From: Macrostomum lignano
Lineage: Eukaryota
NCBI GenBank assembly: GCA_002269645.1
Contig: NIVC01001710.1
Coordinates: 124,001 to 188,000, forward strand
Direction of reading: 5' to 3'
DNA: 64,000 nucleotides
Each line of letters opens with the position of its first letter. Position 1 is the first letter of the stretch. Below, in pieces: positions 1 through 18,143 of the stretch. Below the pieces are notes generated by a model. The model had not been told where the DNA came from, did no database searches, and saw nothing but the letters and a program-made list of their open reading frames with translations. The position numbers and the translations under genes were made by a program.

Positions 1-385
1 TTGCTAGATGTAAAACAAAAACGAAAACTACAAAAGTTGAGTGAAAGCAATTAAAACTAAAACAAATATTGGCTGTCAATGTTTACAGAAAAACGAGCAT
101 AAATGCCGTTTATAAGCAAAAGCATTCAGTTTTGGTGCAGTTTTTTTCAGGAGAAAGTCAGTCTGGAGACATTTGATTGAAGCTTTGATTAAATTCTAGG
201 CTGACTGTTGCTAGAATTTTGAGGCGCGGGAAAAAATAAACCGCTTATTAAAATTCTCAGGTTGTGCTTTAATTTTGAGACTGACTTAACTCCTGAATAT
301 ACTGCCACTTTGGGCGCACGTACAATTAAGCTAGGAACTGGTGCAACAGCTCCACCTCAAAGTCGTGCATGTCACGCACATAACT

Positions 386-605
386 GTTCGACGGGCTAGC
401 AGAGGCTGTGGCGGCGCTGCCGACATGGCCAGTATAGTTGGCGTTCGACGGGCCAGCAGAGGCTGTGGCGGCGCTGCCGACATGGCCAGTATAGTTGGCG
501 TTCGACGGGCCAGCAGAGGCTGTGGCGGCGCTGCCGACATGGCCAGTATAGTTGGCGTTCGACGGGCCAGCAGAGGCTGTAGCGGCGCTGCCGACATGGC
601 CAGTA
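386..605. repeat. 57-bp tandem repeat, ~4 copies
   Basis: Unit GTTCGACGGGCCAGCAGAGGCTGTGGCGGCGCTGCCGACATGGCCAGTATAGTTGGC; 19-aa periodicity in the ORF track. Confidence 0.95.
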
Positions 606-977
606 TTGCTACCAGCGGTGGAGGTCTTAGCTTTTATTACGGGGCACGCCCAGGCGCCTGCGTGCTGTTGCCGTGCAGCGCGCTGCAGTTCCCGCGGCTC
701 CAGTGGGCACCGATCTTCCGCATGAATCGCTCCATGTGACCAAGTGATGCGCAGTCGGCCGGAGTGCTCGGGCTGTTGCCGACCTTCCTGCGAGGGTCCG
801 CACGAGCGCCCACTTGGCGATTTTTTTGCGCCGGTTTAGTTTCTCCACTTCAGCCGCATTCACGGCTGTCGCACTCCTGGCGCCGACCTACTTCTACCAG
901 GACATAGGGCATGTCCTCTGCCAGAGGGACAAGGCCGGTGGACTCGGCTGGTTTGGGATAGAGATGAGGGTGACCAG

Positions 978-1700
978 TCAGTCAGATGAGTTAGAACGAT
1001 TGCTCTGTAAGTATTTGTAGATCTCACCTGGCGTACTGTGCGGCAGCACAGCGACCCGGTTGGCACTCCGGCCCTCTCCACTAGCAGTGGCAGCAGTGTT
1101 ATCGACCAGCATAGCTTCGGCTTCAAACGATAATCGGCAATCTGCATCAGGATCGATGTCGATTCCTGGTGCAACATGATCCTGTGGGCCATCGGTCGCC
1201 TGTAAAGAGGAAGCTGCCCGCTGCATGTGAGCGACTGCCTGTGCGCATCGCTTCTCCTGTAGGGCACGAAGGCGCTGCTCCTCGGCTAGAAGCGCTTCCA
1301 GCGCCGTCTCCGACGCAACAGGTAAGCGACCTGTTGTTGGAGTTCATTAGCACGGGCATCTGCGTCCTGCAACTGGGCCGTACGGCGCTGCAACTCGGCC
1401 CTTGTGGCAGAAAAGGTGACACAAATAAATGACCGAAACGAAACGAACATCGACGTTGCAACAACGAAAGGTGACAGCGGGTGTTCACTTATTAATTACC
1501 TTTGGCGTCGGCCAGGTCGCGGACGCGGGACACTTCGAGCTGCAGGTTGCGGCAGGCTGGACACCTTCGGGGCAGCTCGGGCTGTGGCACCTCGCGACGG
1601 CTAAGATTTGCGATCGCTAGCGCCTCCTCCCTGGTCGTTACCCGGCCCCGGAAATATGAGGTAGCAGAAATATTGTGGCCACAGTACGCTAGTCCGATTG
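978..1700 (-). pseudogene. Degraded spliced coding sequence with a CxxC motif and coiled coil; unknown family
   Basis: Minus-strand segments REEALAIANLSRREVPQPELPRRCPACRNLQLEVSRVRDLADAK (then GTAATT donor), AELQRRTAQLQDADARANELQQQVAYLL, and after a frameshift ASETALEALLAEEQRLRALQEKR...STP (then GTGAG). Stops and frameshifts present. Confidence 0.3.
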
Positions 1701-2680
1701 TTCAGAAAAAAGCTGTGAAAGTTAGCATGTAGCACTTTAACAAATTTATTAACGGTAAAGGTAAACGGTAAACATAACTTCTTTATAAGCGGAGAGTAAG
1801 CACAGCGAAAACAGTGCAAATTAATAATTGAACATACGGCTTGAAACTATAAAGAGGAAAACAACGGAACAACAGAATCAAACAGGGCAGTGGCTATTGC
1901 GTAATAAGTTTACAATTACGACGTGGCCAACTGGGTATGCGGTAGCATTGCAATCGACGTCGGCGACACGTCGCACGCGCCTAAGATGTCCGTCAGATTG
2001 ACATCGACTGCATTGCCGAGGGCTTCTGTAGGGCCGAAAGGGTCGCACTGCAGGCGGCAAACATGCCAGCAGCGGCAACCACGGTGCTCCGTATCCGCCG
2101 ACGACACGTTGCTCAACGCCTCCAAGGGGTCGGGAAGCAGTGCAACGGGCAGGAGCTTGCACGTCAGCCAGATGCCACCCAACTGGCACAGGGTGATAGC
2201 TTCAACGCGTGCGAAGTGCAGACCCTTCTGTCCGTCACCATAGAAGCCGACGAAGCTCGAGCACGCAGTGCGTGGGATGCACTTGGTTGCATTCCAACGC
2301 TCGATAAAGAGGCCGGACTGCGTCGACGCACTGCTCCACTGGTTCGCCATGCCATGGTGCCGTCGCAAGACAAACGCCGTTGACAACACGCATCTGTGTT
2401 GCCCGAGACGAAGCCTTCTGGGCGCGGTTCGGCTGCTGCAGTCCTGCGAACCTTTGTCAGCTGCGTTGCCACGTCTCGCTCAACACATTGAAGACCTCGA
2501 GGTCTGTGTGGCGCGACGCGTGCAGCCGCCTGCGGAGTCGGCAATGCAATGGTCTCAAAAATGCCGGTGACTGGTGGTGCAGCGGACCGACAAGTGCGCG
2601 AAGGCCTTCATGTGCTGGCACACCTATTGGAACGCTTAAATCGTGCGGCGTTGTACGTATGCTACATCTGCATGTCCTTT

Positions 2681-2699
2681 NNNNNNNNNNNNNNNNNNN
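2681..2699. other. Assembly gap (19 N)
   Basis: Run of N in the sequence. Confidence 1.
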
Positions 2700-4290
2700 A
2701 ATGATTCTAAGTAAATAAGTAAATGATTATAAGTAAATCAACTATTTAAGGTCTGAGAACATCTAATTCAATGACCGCTTGACCAGGTTCCAACTGTAAT
2801 TGGAGCCCCAGAAATTATCAAAAGCAGCAATTACTTCTCCACTTGCCTCCTCCGCCAGCCTCTGACGCTTGGAGTTCTTGTCTGGATCAATTATTTTATC
2901 TTTAAGGTAACCTGTTCCAAACCGTTGACGCAGAAAGTCCCGAGCAAAGTGTTTCGGGCAAATTAACCCGATCCGTGTTCAGGCCTTCAGTGTGGTTGGC
3001 TTCATTGAAGCCGAAGCTCTAGAAGAATAGGTAGGTTGGTATGCTCATCATTGTCGATGGTATTCCACTAGAACAAGGGCTTACTGGCTTTCTTTTCTTG
3101 GAAGCTTGAGAAAGGCCTGATGTCCCAGGCTGAGATCCAAAAGTCTTCCGGCAGGCTGCAAGTTTCGCAATCTCCTTTTGAAAGCCAAAGGCACTGACAA
3201 TGTCAACTGACTGTTTTACTCGTAATGGAGCACCCTGGCACTTAGTGGCTTGGTGATCTCGGCTTCACTGCTGCTAGAGCTACTACTTGAGCTAATATTT
3301 TAACTCTACGAGCTTGTATTTCAATCAGACTCCAAGTCAAGACCTTTTACTCTCACTCTCAGAATCACAATCAACTTTAGTCTTAATGTGATGAACCAAG
3401 GAAGAATCCCAAGCGAAACTTCTTATTTCCTTGAGCGCTGCTGTCGCAGAGTCGGCTGAGATCAGGCTGATCGAGCGTACAATACACGATGGCCTCTTGC
3501 TAGGTGTATGACGCTGAGCTGATTGAGGTGGGAATCAGCATACGACACTCCTAATCCTGGCTCAGCTCTAGGCAAGCAAATCCGCGAAAAGACAGACAGT
3601 AGGAGTGCTCACGATTTGCTCGCTGAACAACCGGGGCATTGTTGTTCGCTGAAGGGCAACGCCCGGCCCGGTCGTCGGCTCGGCTTCGGTGTAATAAGAG
3701 CGTCACCTTTATTTATAATCGCAGCCGCAGGACACGTAGGCGCAACGGGGCAGCGTTGACCGAAAAGGGTCGAGCGCGAGGAAAGCAGGGGCCGCTGAGG
3801 CCTCATATAAATATTCTAGGCAGGCCAGGGCAGGAATAAAAAGGGGTTCTGCCAAACAGACGGACTCGCAGCCAATCAGAGTGAGCCAACTGGCTAAGCC
3901 AGCGCCGGGGATACATTGCAAAAAGGTTGGGGAGGGGTTGACAGCGCTACAAGACGAGAAGGGGGAACACTGCCCGAGCCTCCGCCAATCAGGCACCGGG
4001 CGGCTTACGCAGGCGCCAGAGGGTGGGACACAAACACAACGGGCGCAAGGACTACTAAAAGTAGGAAAGGACGCAAGACTTAGAATTGGTGAAAATATCA
4101 TTGGATGCCGATTTTTCTATGTTTCTCCTGTGCACACTTGAACGTAAGATGCTTATTCTGTCGCAGAATAGGCATTAAAATATGCTCTCTGATTTAACAC
4201 ATCAATAAGTTAAATAAAGTAGACTTTAACAGTTCAAAATATTTGTCAAAAGTACAGTATCCGTCTAAAATTATTATTTTATTTATTTTA

Positions 4291-6900
4291 TTAATATTCA
4301 AACAAGTTTAGTGCAGCAAATTGAAATACGACTAGCACAATAGAGCGAAAACAAGCTACCATTCGGGAGGATTCACACGCTTCCACGAGATAAAGACTCG
4401 TAAATTCACTGCATGCCTTTTTTTCTACAGTGTGACGAATATCAGAATCAAATAGAGGGATATCTTCCTCGCGTGCAGCGTAGCCGCATATATAATAAAG
4501 TGCAGCTCTTTCTGTCTCAGAAACAGCAGCTTCATGAACTGACAAATGGTCAATGGCTGTGAGTTCAGGCATCCTTTAAGCCTTCCTCGCTACAACATGC
4601 AGGTTGTGGTTGCTCTGGTATGTTGGCATCAAGCTAGGCATACAACTCCATTCGAAACAATTTTGCAGTCAGGAAAACTTGCTCAACAGAGATAAAATAG
4701 CACCCTCCATGTCCTTGCCTATAGATTGAGAACTCGCCCTTAAGGGGGTCAGATTGAAAGCACCTGGAAGTGAAAATACTAGCTTGGTTTTTTATTTTAT
4801 CTTATGTATTTGCTATTCTATTCTTACCTAGAAGGACAAAGGTGAATAGCTGCTTGGATAGCAGGCATTTCGAAAGCTCCACAAGACCTCTCCAGATTTG
4901 AATGACAGCTTTCTGTGTCTCTGTTGTGAGAGAACGCTGCCGTGCGGGACCCCGCCCTCAGCCATCTGCTCCGTCTTGGAAGCAAATTGAGGATGATAGT
5001 TTAAAGCTATGCGAGGCATCTGACACAATTGGAGCTCGTCTGGGGTGATTCAGAGTCCGGCGATCTTACATTGACGATCTTCAAAATTCAGCGACAGAAT
5101 GGACAAATTCGGCAGTGTCGCTATTACCATTGATGCGCAGTGTTGCAACTGTTTTTTTCGTTGAGCACATTTAATACGATATAAACTTCCTGGCGTTCAG
5201 GAGGCACAGGATTGCATGCCACCGCTGTGAGGGTGGTAGAACGAACTACCAGTTGGTGAGACTGTTGCTCAATTTGAACAATGTGCTGCCATCTGGCACG
5301 GCGTAGAGGTTGCTCAGGTGTACAGCGAAAATCAATTTCTCCATGTCATTGTGTTAGCCAATTGTTGCGAATGTTTTTAAGCAACCGTATAGCAGAAACA
5401 ATGAAAGTGTAAAGGCAGATGGATTAATTGCCTTCCATGGTGACGCAGGTGATGGGTTCAACAACTGGAAGCAATTACGGTTCGTAAAGTGGTCATCACA
5501 AACAAAGCTCAGGAAAATGCCACCACATGCATGGATTATTGCAATAAGTCGCACAAGTTGCTGGTGAAAAAACGGGATTCAAGCTGTAGATTGGTATAAG
5601 ACGAGCACCCATGAGTGGTCTAACCATAATGGCCAAAACTGTACGTGCTAGCTTAGTTGAGTCATCTTCGGCATGCCCAACTATGTGACAGCCACGAAGT
5701 CGAGTGGAAGATAGAACATAAACCTCATCAAAATTGATGGAGCAGAGCTTCTGTGATGTGGACACCACTCTAAATTGTGCTTGCACTAATGTCCGACAGT
5801 CCATATCGTTTCCAAAAGGGCCCCAACTGCCAAGATAGCACCTTAATGTAGCAGCGTGTGGTAGTAGTGTGGTAGTCAGTAGGTCCTTTAGTGCGCGATA
5901 TCCATTTCTGCGAGCTAAGTACGGTCTTTCAGCCGTTAAAATGTCATTTGATGTCTATCGCTCACCATGTTAAAGTCATTTGCAACTGGCGAAGTATGAA
6001 CTGTTGCCTCTATCTTCGCCTTCGGATTGTTATTTAATGAATATATCCTTTAAAGTAGATCTGTTAGATTATGGATGAATTGTTTAAATTACCAAATAAG
6101 AGACATTAAAATTTTGTTTGAAATATTCTTCTTGAGGACATTATGTTATATATAACTACATAAGGGTCTATTAGCTAGACCGATGGCTATCGTATAATTA
6201 CATTGCAGTCGAATGGCACAAAAACAGCACTAGCTACTAAATAAATAAAATCAAGGTAAATATACTGTTCTAGTATAAATCGTAAGAAATAAGATAAGAT
6301 CTGCACGAGTAGTAGCTATGAAAATATACTAAATAGGTCCAACAGTGTCAAAATCGCGGAATAAGCAAAATATTGAATATATTCTTATATATTATTTTAT
6401 AGAGGTTAGGCAAAACACTTCAAGGGCATGCTGAGGGAGGCGCATTCAGCACATTAACTATTGTTGACCTTGCCACGGACTTTTTGCCTCCTTGCTAATT
6501 TAAGTTGATGCAGCTTGCTTAGAAGATGCAAGCTACTTTTCTTTAATAGAGTTAAAAAAACAAGGCCAAGAACAAGAAACCATTCTGTCCTGTTGTTTTC
6601 GAATATTTGTAGATATTGATGGCGAATAAAACTAAAACTTTACACTTTTTCACGACATGTTTCGCTAAGCATACAGGTCGTCAGGTAGAGTAAAAAGTAA
6701 AAGTGCCAGTGTCATTCCCATATGCCAAGATCTTCAATTAACATGACGGTTCTTTTATGGTCGACATGACTCGCTGAAATTTGCACTTATATCAAAATAA
6801 AATCAGGATGTCTTTTGACGGCGCTGTTCCTAAACACCGCGGTGTCTAAATATGAAGTTCTTATTCGTACCGTAGCAACTGTGTACCACCACAACCTGCG
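4291..6900 (-). pseudogene. P-element/THAP9-family transposase, frameshifted, with at least one intron
   Basis: Ordered motifs across frames: GYRAL..LLPHAATLRCYLG; QKLCSINFDEVYV; LARTVLAIMVRPL; FVCDDHFTNRNCF; PERQEV..LNVLNEKTVATL; LKIVNVRSP; LVELSKCLLSKQLFTFVLLG / intron 4827-4764 / FQSDPL..F.IYRQGHGGCYFISVEQV; ALYYICGYAA. Possible THAP remnant at about 6700-6900. Confidence 0.85.
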
Positions 6901-7015
6901 GGGGTGGCGGTCCATTCTAAGAATCTAGGATGATGGTACCTCATTCTTGAAACAACTGAGAATCTGGATTAGCCCATAGTCAGGCATACATCGCACACTT
7001 CTCTCTCCTAATCAG

Positions 7016-9157
7016 ACTCGGTCCTGCAGGCCAAAGAAGACGAGCGACCCCTGGTGTTTCTGCTGTACCGCTCCGAGAAGGACTCCGAGCCGGAGGCGCG
7101 CATCGAACTCGGCGCCATCGTACGCGGCCTTCTGGCCCAGCAGTTGCTGCTGCAGACAGTCGGCGAGCTGTCCGGCCAGGCCAAGCCCGTGTCCGCGGCC
7201 GACTATGTGCAGGGCTCGCACGCGATGCAGCTGGCGGCTGCACTGCTGGAGTGCTACAATCTCAGCAGCCAGTTCGACCAGCGGCCCGGTCTGAAGTTTC
7301 TGCTACAGAAGGCCTGCAGAGTGAGGGTGGCCGCTAATCTCTATAAGCAGGCCGGATTAGCTGTGGGATACCTGGCTGGCTTGCTCATCCCTTTGGCTGT
7401 GCGGCACTCGCTTGGTAGGTTAAATTGTTCATGCGTGCTCCATAACATTACCGCCCGAAATTGCTTGTATGAGTCACTCCTGACCTGCTGCTGACCCCAT
7501 CAATCTGACCTGCTGCTGACCCCATGAGTCTGACCTGCTGCTGACCCCATGAGTCTGACCTGCTGCTGACCCCATCAATCTGACCTGCTGCTGACCCCAT
7601 GAGTCTGACCTGCTGCTGACCCCATGAGTCTGACCTGCTGCTGACCCCATGAGTCTGACCTGCTGCTGACCCCATCAATCTGACCTGCTGCTGACCCCAT
7701 GAGTCTGACCTGCTGCTGACCCCATGAGTCTGACCTGCTGCTGACCCCATCAATCTGACCTGCTGCTGACCCCATGAGTCTGACCTGCTGCTGACCCCAT
7801 GAGTCTGACCTGCTGCTGACCCCATCAATCTGACCTGCTGCTGACCCCATCAATCTGACCTGCTGCTGACCCCATCAATCTGACCTGCTGACCCCATCAA
7901 TCTGACCTGCTGCTGACCCCATCAATCTGACCTGCTGCTGACCCCATTAATCTGACCTGCTGCTGACCCCATTAATCGCCCCTGACCCGCAGGCCGGTCG
8001 GACTTTGCCGCTCTGCCCAGCTCAGCCCTGGAGGCCAGCCCCCTCATGCGCCTGCCGCCGGGCTCTGATTGGCTGGGCAAGCCGGAGATTGCCTACCTGA
8101 TTGGCCACGCCATGTCCGTGCTGACCCACACCTACCTGGACCTGCTGGCCAGCCGCGACTGCCTGCAGGCCGCCGACCGACTGTCCGAGCGGCCGCTGCT
8201 CTTCCTGCTGGTTGCCCAGCCTGACGATGTCGCCTCGGCCATCGCCAGCGGCACGTCGGCCAGCTTGGACGGCGGCGTCGCGACGACGTCCGGGGAAGCA
8301 GCAGAATCTCCGGCCTCTTCCACCGCGGATGCACAGCAGCAGCAGCAGCAGCAGGTGTACAGCCTGGCTGGTGACAAAGCCATCGGCCGGCTCATGGCCG
8401 AGTACAAGCGGCGCAAGCTGGCGCACAGTCTGCCTCAGCAGTCGCGTCATCATATTGGCCACGCTGCGCCGTCTGCAGCTGCTGCTGGCGCCGGCGGGTC
8501 CAGCGGCTACTCCGCCGAGAGTCAGCGGCATCAGCAGGTGGGGAGTGTGTGGTAGACAGGGACCGGGAGTGTGGTAGACAGGGACCGGGAGTGTGGTAGA
8601 CAGGGACCGGGAGTGTGGTAGACAGGGATCTAGGAGTGTGTGGTAGATAAGGATCTGGGAGTGTGTGGTAGACAGGGATCTGAGTGTGTGGTAGACAAGG
8701 ATCTGGGAGTGTGTGGTAGACAAGGATCTGGGAGTGTGTGGTAGACAGGGATCTGAGTGTGTGGTAGACAAGGATCTGGGAGTGTGTGGTAGACAAGGAT
8801 CTGGGAGTGTGGTAGACAAGAACTGAAACTTCGAGCTTGTGAACGCGACAAAACCGTGACCCTTGCTGCTCCGGCCAGGTGCACGCCGAGCAGGCCGCCT
8901 CCCTGCTGCGTGACTCGGACGCCCGGCTGGCCAGCCTGGCCGGCATGATCGCCCAGCTGCTGCGCCCCATCCTGGACCTGCCGGACTCGGCATTCGCCGC
9001 CTGCCTGCCGGCGGTGTCCAGCCAGCTCGGCCTGCTGGTGGCCGGCGCCGAGGACCGGCGGCTCCGCGACCTGCTTGGCCGGTTCAGCGGCCGGCTGGCC
9101 GGCTGCTTCGGCTTCCTGCCTGACTGTCTGGCGGAGGACCTGGCCGAGGATAACTAA
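7016..9157 (+). CDS. ARFGEF3: ARFGEF3/BIG3-like protein, last three coding exons (7016-7414, 7993-8537, 8879-9157)
   Basis: FDQRPGLKFLLQKA..AANLYKQA, VYSLAGDKAIGRLMAEYKRRK and the terminal LLDLPD.AF.A..PAV...L......D.RLR match the BIG3 C-terminus as I recall it. GT-AG junctions have consistent phases (1, 0). The 5' part is not found in this window. Confidence 0.85.
7480..7976. repeat. 25-bp intronic minisatellite, ~20 copies
   Basis: Unit CTGACCTGCTGCTGACCCCAT(CAA/GAG)T in the BIG3 intron 7415-7992. Confidence 0.97.
8541..8820. repeat. 23-25-bp intronic minisatellite (same family as 14406-15338)
   Basis: Unit GGGAGTGTGTGGTAGACAGGGATCT starting 3 nt after the donor at 8538. Confidence 0.97.
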
Positions 9158-9434
9158 ATAACTGGCCAGAGGGGCTCAAGGATTTTTATCCACAATTTAA
9201 ACTGGATTGGCAAGCCTCGCATATCTGTAATTATAACTACAGCGATTCCGCCAAGACGTTTCATGTTTCATCTAAGTCCCTCCGGCTCTCAAGGGATTTC
9301 GTAAAGAGATAAAATGAGGGTTTCATGTCAATTTAATGCTCTCGAATGGAACTAATGATAGCAATATTCACACGACGGTTGTGAGCACACTCCTTCGGTG
9401 ACATGGTCCCACAGCCCATGGTCCCATGGTGTAC

Positions 9435-9496
9435 CAGGGTGTACAACGGCCCGACTTTCTAATCGTCAGGCATGTGCACTTCCTGTGCCTTTAGGG
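9435..9496. mobile_element. Solo TIR-like fragment of the MITE family seen at 61515-61845
   Basis: CAGGGTGTACAACGGCCCGACTTTCTAATCGTCAGGCATGTGCACTTCCTGTGCC aligns to the reverse complement of 61780-61834. Confidence 0.6.
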
Positions 9497-11877
9497 TTGG
9501 CTCAACAGGTGTGAATCCCACGACAACCCACAGGCCAATTTTCGTGAATTTGAAGTCCACTGTTCCTGAAGTTATCGATATTGCAACCGGTTGGGCACGG
9601 CTCCGATATGTATAGTAAGCCATAAAAAGCACTTCGGAGTGAAAATTAACAAAATATTCGGCAGGATCGCGAGTCTAACTATATGGGCCATTTAACGCAT
9701 GTAAGCTACTTTCAGTTCAGTAGAAAGTTAAGCATTTTAAGCTTTTCCAAGCCTCTTTCCCGGACCTGCCGTCCAATTTTTATTGCCTTCCTCGGGAGTT
9801 CCGGAATCTCAGCGGCGCTGACTAATGTACACTAACGGCATCCATCACTCCAGCTCCAATTGGCTTTCTTTTCATGAAATAGCTTACGCATGCTTCCTTG
9901 CTACTGAACTGAAAGTAGAGTAGCTGTCATGCCGAGCTTTTTTTCTCAAAGCGTAGATCTCTAGTCACAAAGTAATTTTATTTTTAGTCAGCCAGGCAAA
10001 GCCAGCTTAATTGATAATTTCGATGATTATTATGCAGCTTTTCTTTCGTCTCCTTGTGCGTCCTGTGTGCAGCATTTGTTGTGCAACAAAGACCTACTGT
10101 TGTTATAATGATTACTCTTATTATTATTAAGTCAAATCTTGCATTATTTTCATCTCTCTCTCACTAATCTATATTGGTGTTGGCTACTTTTGTTGGATAT
10201 TTTGGTAATTTAATCAGACAAAATTGATTGTGTACCATCAAGCAGAGTTTAATATCAAATTCAACATAATAATCATGATATTGATTTACTATGACTGTTA
10301 GTGATTTTGTTTTGTTTATTCCAATTTAAATCCAAATGCATTTTTGGTTCCGCATGTTGTCCGCGTCCGCGTGTCCAATGGCTTCTTTCTCCGCTAGGTT
10401 AGAGTTGTTTTTCCTTTGTTTTCCATTTTAACTCTTAGATTTTACGAGTAAGATATTATATTCCTGTTATTGATATAAAGTGAGCCACCTTGTATTTTGA
10501 TCAGCAATTATGTTAATTTATTGGTGTTTCGGTGTTTTCTGTCTTCTTTCCCGTGCAAGCAAGTTTTGAGCAGATTTCCCAGCCATAATCAAGAATATTG
10601 TGTCTCGCGTCTGTTATAAATATAATGCATTATATACGCAGCTTCCCTCGCGCCTTGCGGGAAAGAGATGTGCATATTAGCTAATATTGAAATGTCGGCT
10701 TAGGCTAATTGAAACCATACTTCAATGTATACATGTGATATACTATTAATAATTCATAACTTATAACTCGTATATATATTTGCTTTATACCCCAGGACAA
10801 CAATAGCCTATACGCTCGTACGAAAGCAAAAGCAAGCCAGATATTAACAAATTTCAAGCGAAAAACAAATAATAACAAAAAGATGGCCCGGAAGGCAAAA
10901 CGAGGCGGAGGGTCAGGCAGCGAAATAATATACAAAGCTGTTGTTACTGTGCAGTGCAGTAGTAAACTACTCGCAGTAGTGCGCAAAGGACATGGACACG
11001 CGATGATTGGAGCATTGGAGGTGTTAATTTTAATGTTAATACGGCAGCACCGCCTAACCTGAAAGCTGGGTGAGAAAGCTCAGTTATTTTGCTATTAAAT
11101 AAGCATTCACTAGTCACATAAATAACAATACATATATATATAATCTAATACATTCGATTAAATCCTGTATATATTTAAAAGTACATTTATGCAATCACTG
11201 CTTAAAATGGGTCGCTTATTCGCCAAGTGCCATAAGCATGCAGAGGTGCAATGCTCAGAAACTTGATTGAGTTAATTTAACATTCATTCCTTCACCCCGG
11301 ACATAAAGTGCCACCAGCCAACAGCGGTGCAATTGTTGGGGAAATTGCATTCAAAACATTTAGCTAGAAATGTATGTTCAACTTCTTAAAAACAAGCCAA
11401 ACAATTGGCGGTTTAAAAAAACAAACAAGCAACATTGCAGAAAGACGATAACTATACAGAATCCAACAACTGCTACTAATAGTATTATTAGTAATCAAAT
11501 AAAATTAACAATAACAAGCTGAAGAGAATTGCAAATCAGAAATTTCATGTTATCTTCGTGTATCAGTTATGTGTGAGTGTCTAAATAACAGCGATAATGA
11601 CAGTCAAGACAAGAGACAGAAAAGTCAGTAAGAGAAAAAAAGCAGAAATTCTGGGCAGTAGCAGCAGCAGCAGCAGCATACCAAAGAGATTCTTTGCTGA
11701 GCTAAAATTGCATGTGTCAACTGTTAAAAAATATAATAAAAATGCGCCAAATTTAAACAAAAAGTAAAAGATATTGTTTGCACATTATATGAAAAAACCT
11801 GCACTGTTCTTCTACTTAAAGTAGCAACAACGACATTTTAAATGTTTTAAAATATAATTTATTAATTTGAATGTTGC

Positions 11878-16726
<4,849 letters not shown>

Positions 16727-18143
16727 TTATGCTAGAACATAATCTGAGTGCTGATGTGTGATATATAGAATCACATTGATGCAGATTATAAACTACAATG
16801 CATTGCAAAAACTTCAATTCAATAGATATTAGAATGTGGACAAAATGGGGCAAACTAAATAAAAGGTAAAATTAGTTCTTCGACATTTTAGAATCAGAGT
16901 TTGATAAAGCATAGTATATTAAATAATCATTTATAAATAGACTTCAAGAAAATGTTCCTTTTCACATCCAGCCTTCTGTATTTTTTTAGATTTTCAAAGG
17001 TTATATTAAATCATTGAAATCATTCATTGAATGGTTGCTTAAGACAAAAAAAATCAGTTTAATACTTTACTATGCAAAGTCTAATTACAGGATTATATTG
17101 ATCAGGTTAAGTATATTAAATATTTCTTGTTTAAATAAAGAAAGAAACTATAATCTATAATAAAAGATGATAGATTCCAATACTTTTGTGAATTTTTGTG
17201 AATTAAAATTGACACATAATTTGGGGAGGCAATCTTTGAATCCTAGGATTTGGCCTTTTTAGTCTGGGATATATGGGTATTAACCTCAGGGATCTCTAAA
17301 TGAATATTATATGGTTTGTACAAAAGTTCTAGATTCTAAGATTTTAGTAAAAGAAAAGTTTGGGATTTCAATTGAAGTCCCTAAGAGAAATATGCTATTT
17401 TAGTACTTATGCCTAAAGTCAAAATTGCAATAATAGCAAATAAAACTAATATTGTTTTATAATTAACTTGATACATATAGGATTCAATACTTGGTTTTGA
17501 GTGCTTAAATGTCTAGGTCACGAGTGCACAGACAGATATTTAAACAAGAGAAACCAAGTATTGAGTAGTATTATAACACAATATATATTTCTCGTGCATT
17601 AAATGACTCTAGCCAATATGCAATCACAAGCCATATAAAGCACACTTTTAGTGTTTAACTAGCATCTTACAACCCCTTTGGAGGACTTTAACCAGCAGTG
17701 AAAAAACTCATTCTTGTCTGCAAGTTACTTACCATTACAATTAAGACATAGCTTTAAGATATTAATTCTTACAGACCTTATCTTCTTTATAGAAAAAGCT
17801 TTTAAAAACCTCAAAATTCTCATAAATGATATTGTTGCATGATTTTTTTATAAGATAAATCCCCTCCAATTGACTTTGTACCAGTTAAAAAGATTGCTAC
17901 CCTCTCCCATAAGCATATGAACTTAAGGCAGAAGCATTGGCCATAAACAATAGGATTTGCATCTGCACACCAAATTTTTATTTGTAGCTGTTATTTATTA
18001 TATTATATTATAAAATAAATGCAAAACACATATGTACACAATGGTCTCAGCTTTAGTATATTTATAGATTATAGAAGATTATATTATATATTATATCAGC
18101 AACACAAATAAAGCTCAGAAAATTCAGGACAATCGAAATCTGC

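Noticed and set aside
1878-2680. Possible LINE ORF1 zinc knuckle (RQCSRCQSDGH) or an EnSpm-like transposase tail (SSFVGFYGDGQKGLHFARVEAI)
   Set aside because: The knuckle lacks the final Cys, the two readings are in different frames, and the region is truncated by the gap. Too weak to call.
2790-3240. THAP-like ICPKHF and CETC motifs on the minus strand
   Set aside because: Isolated motifs separated by stops, with no complete domain.
8022-8993. Long antisense ORFs over exons (also 34185-34838, 46709-47476, 62336-62938)
   Set aside because: Shadows of GC-rich or repetitive coding exons on the opposite strand.
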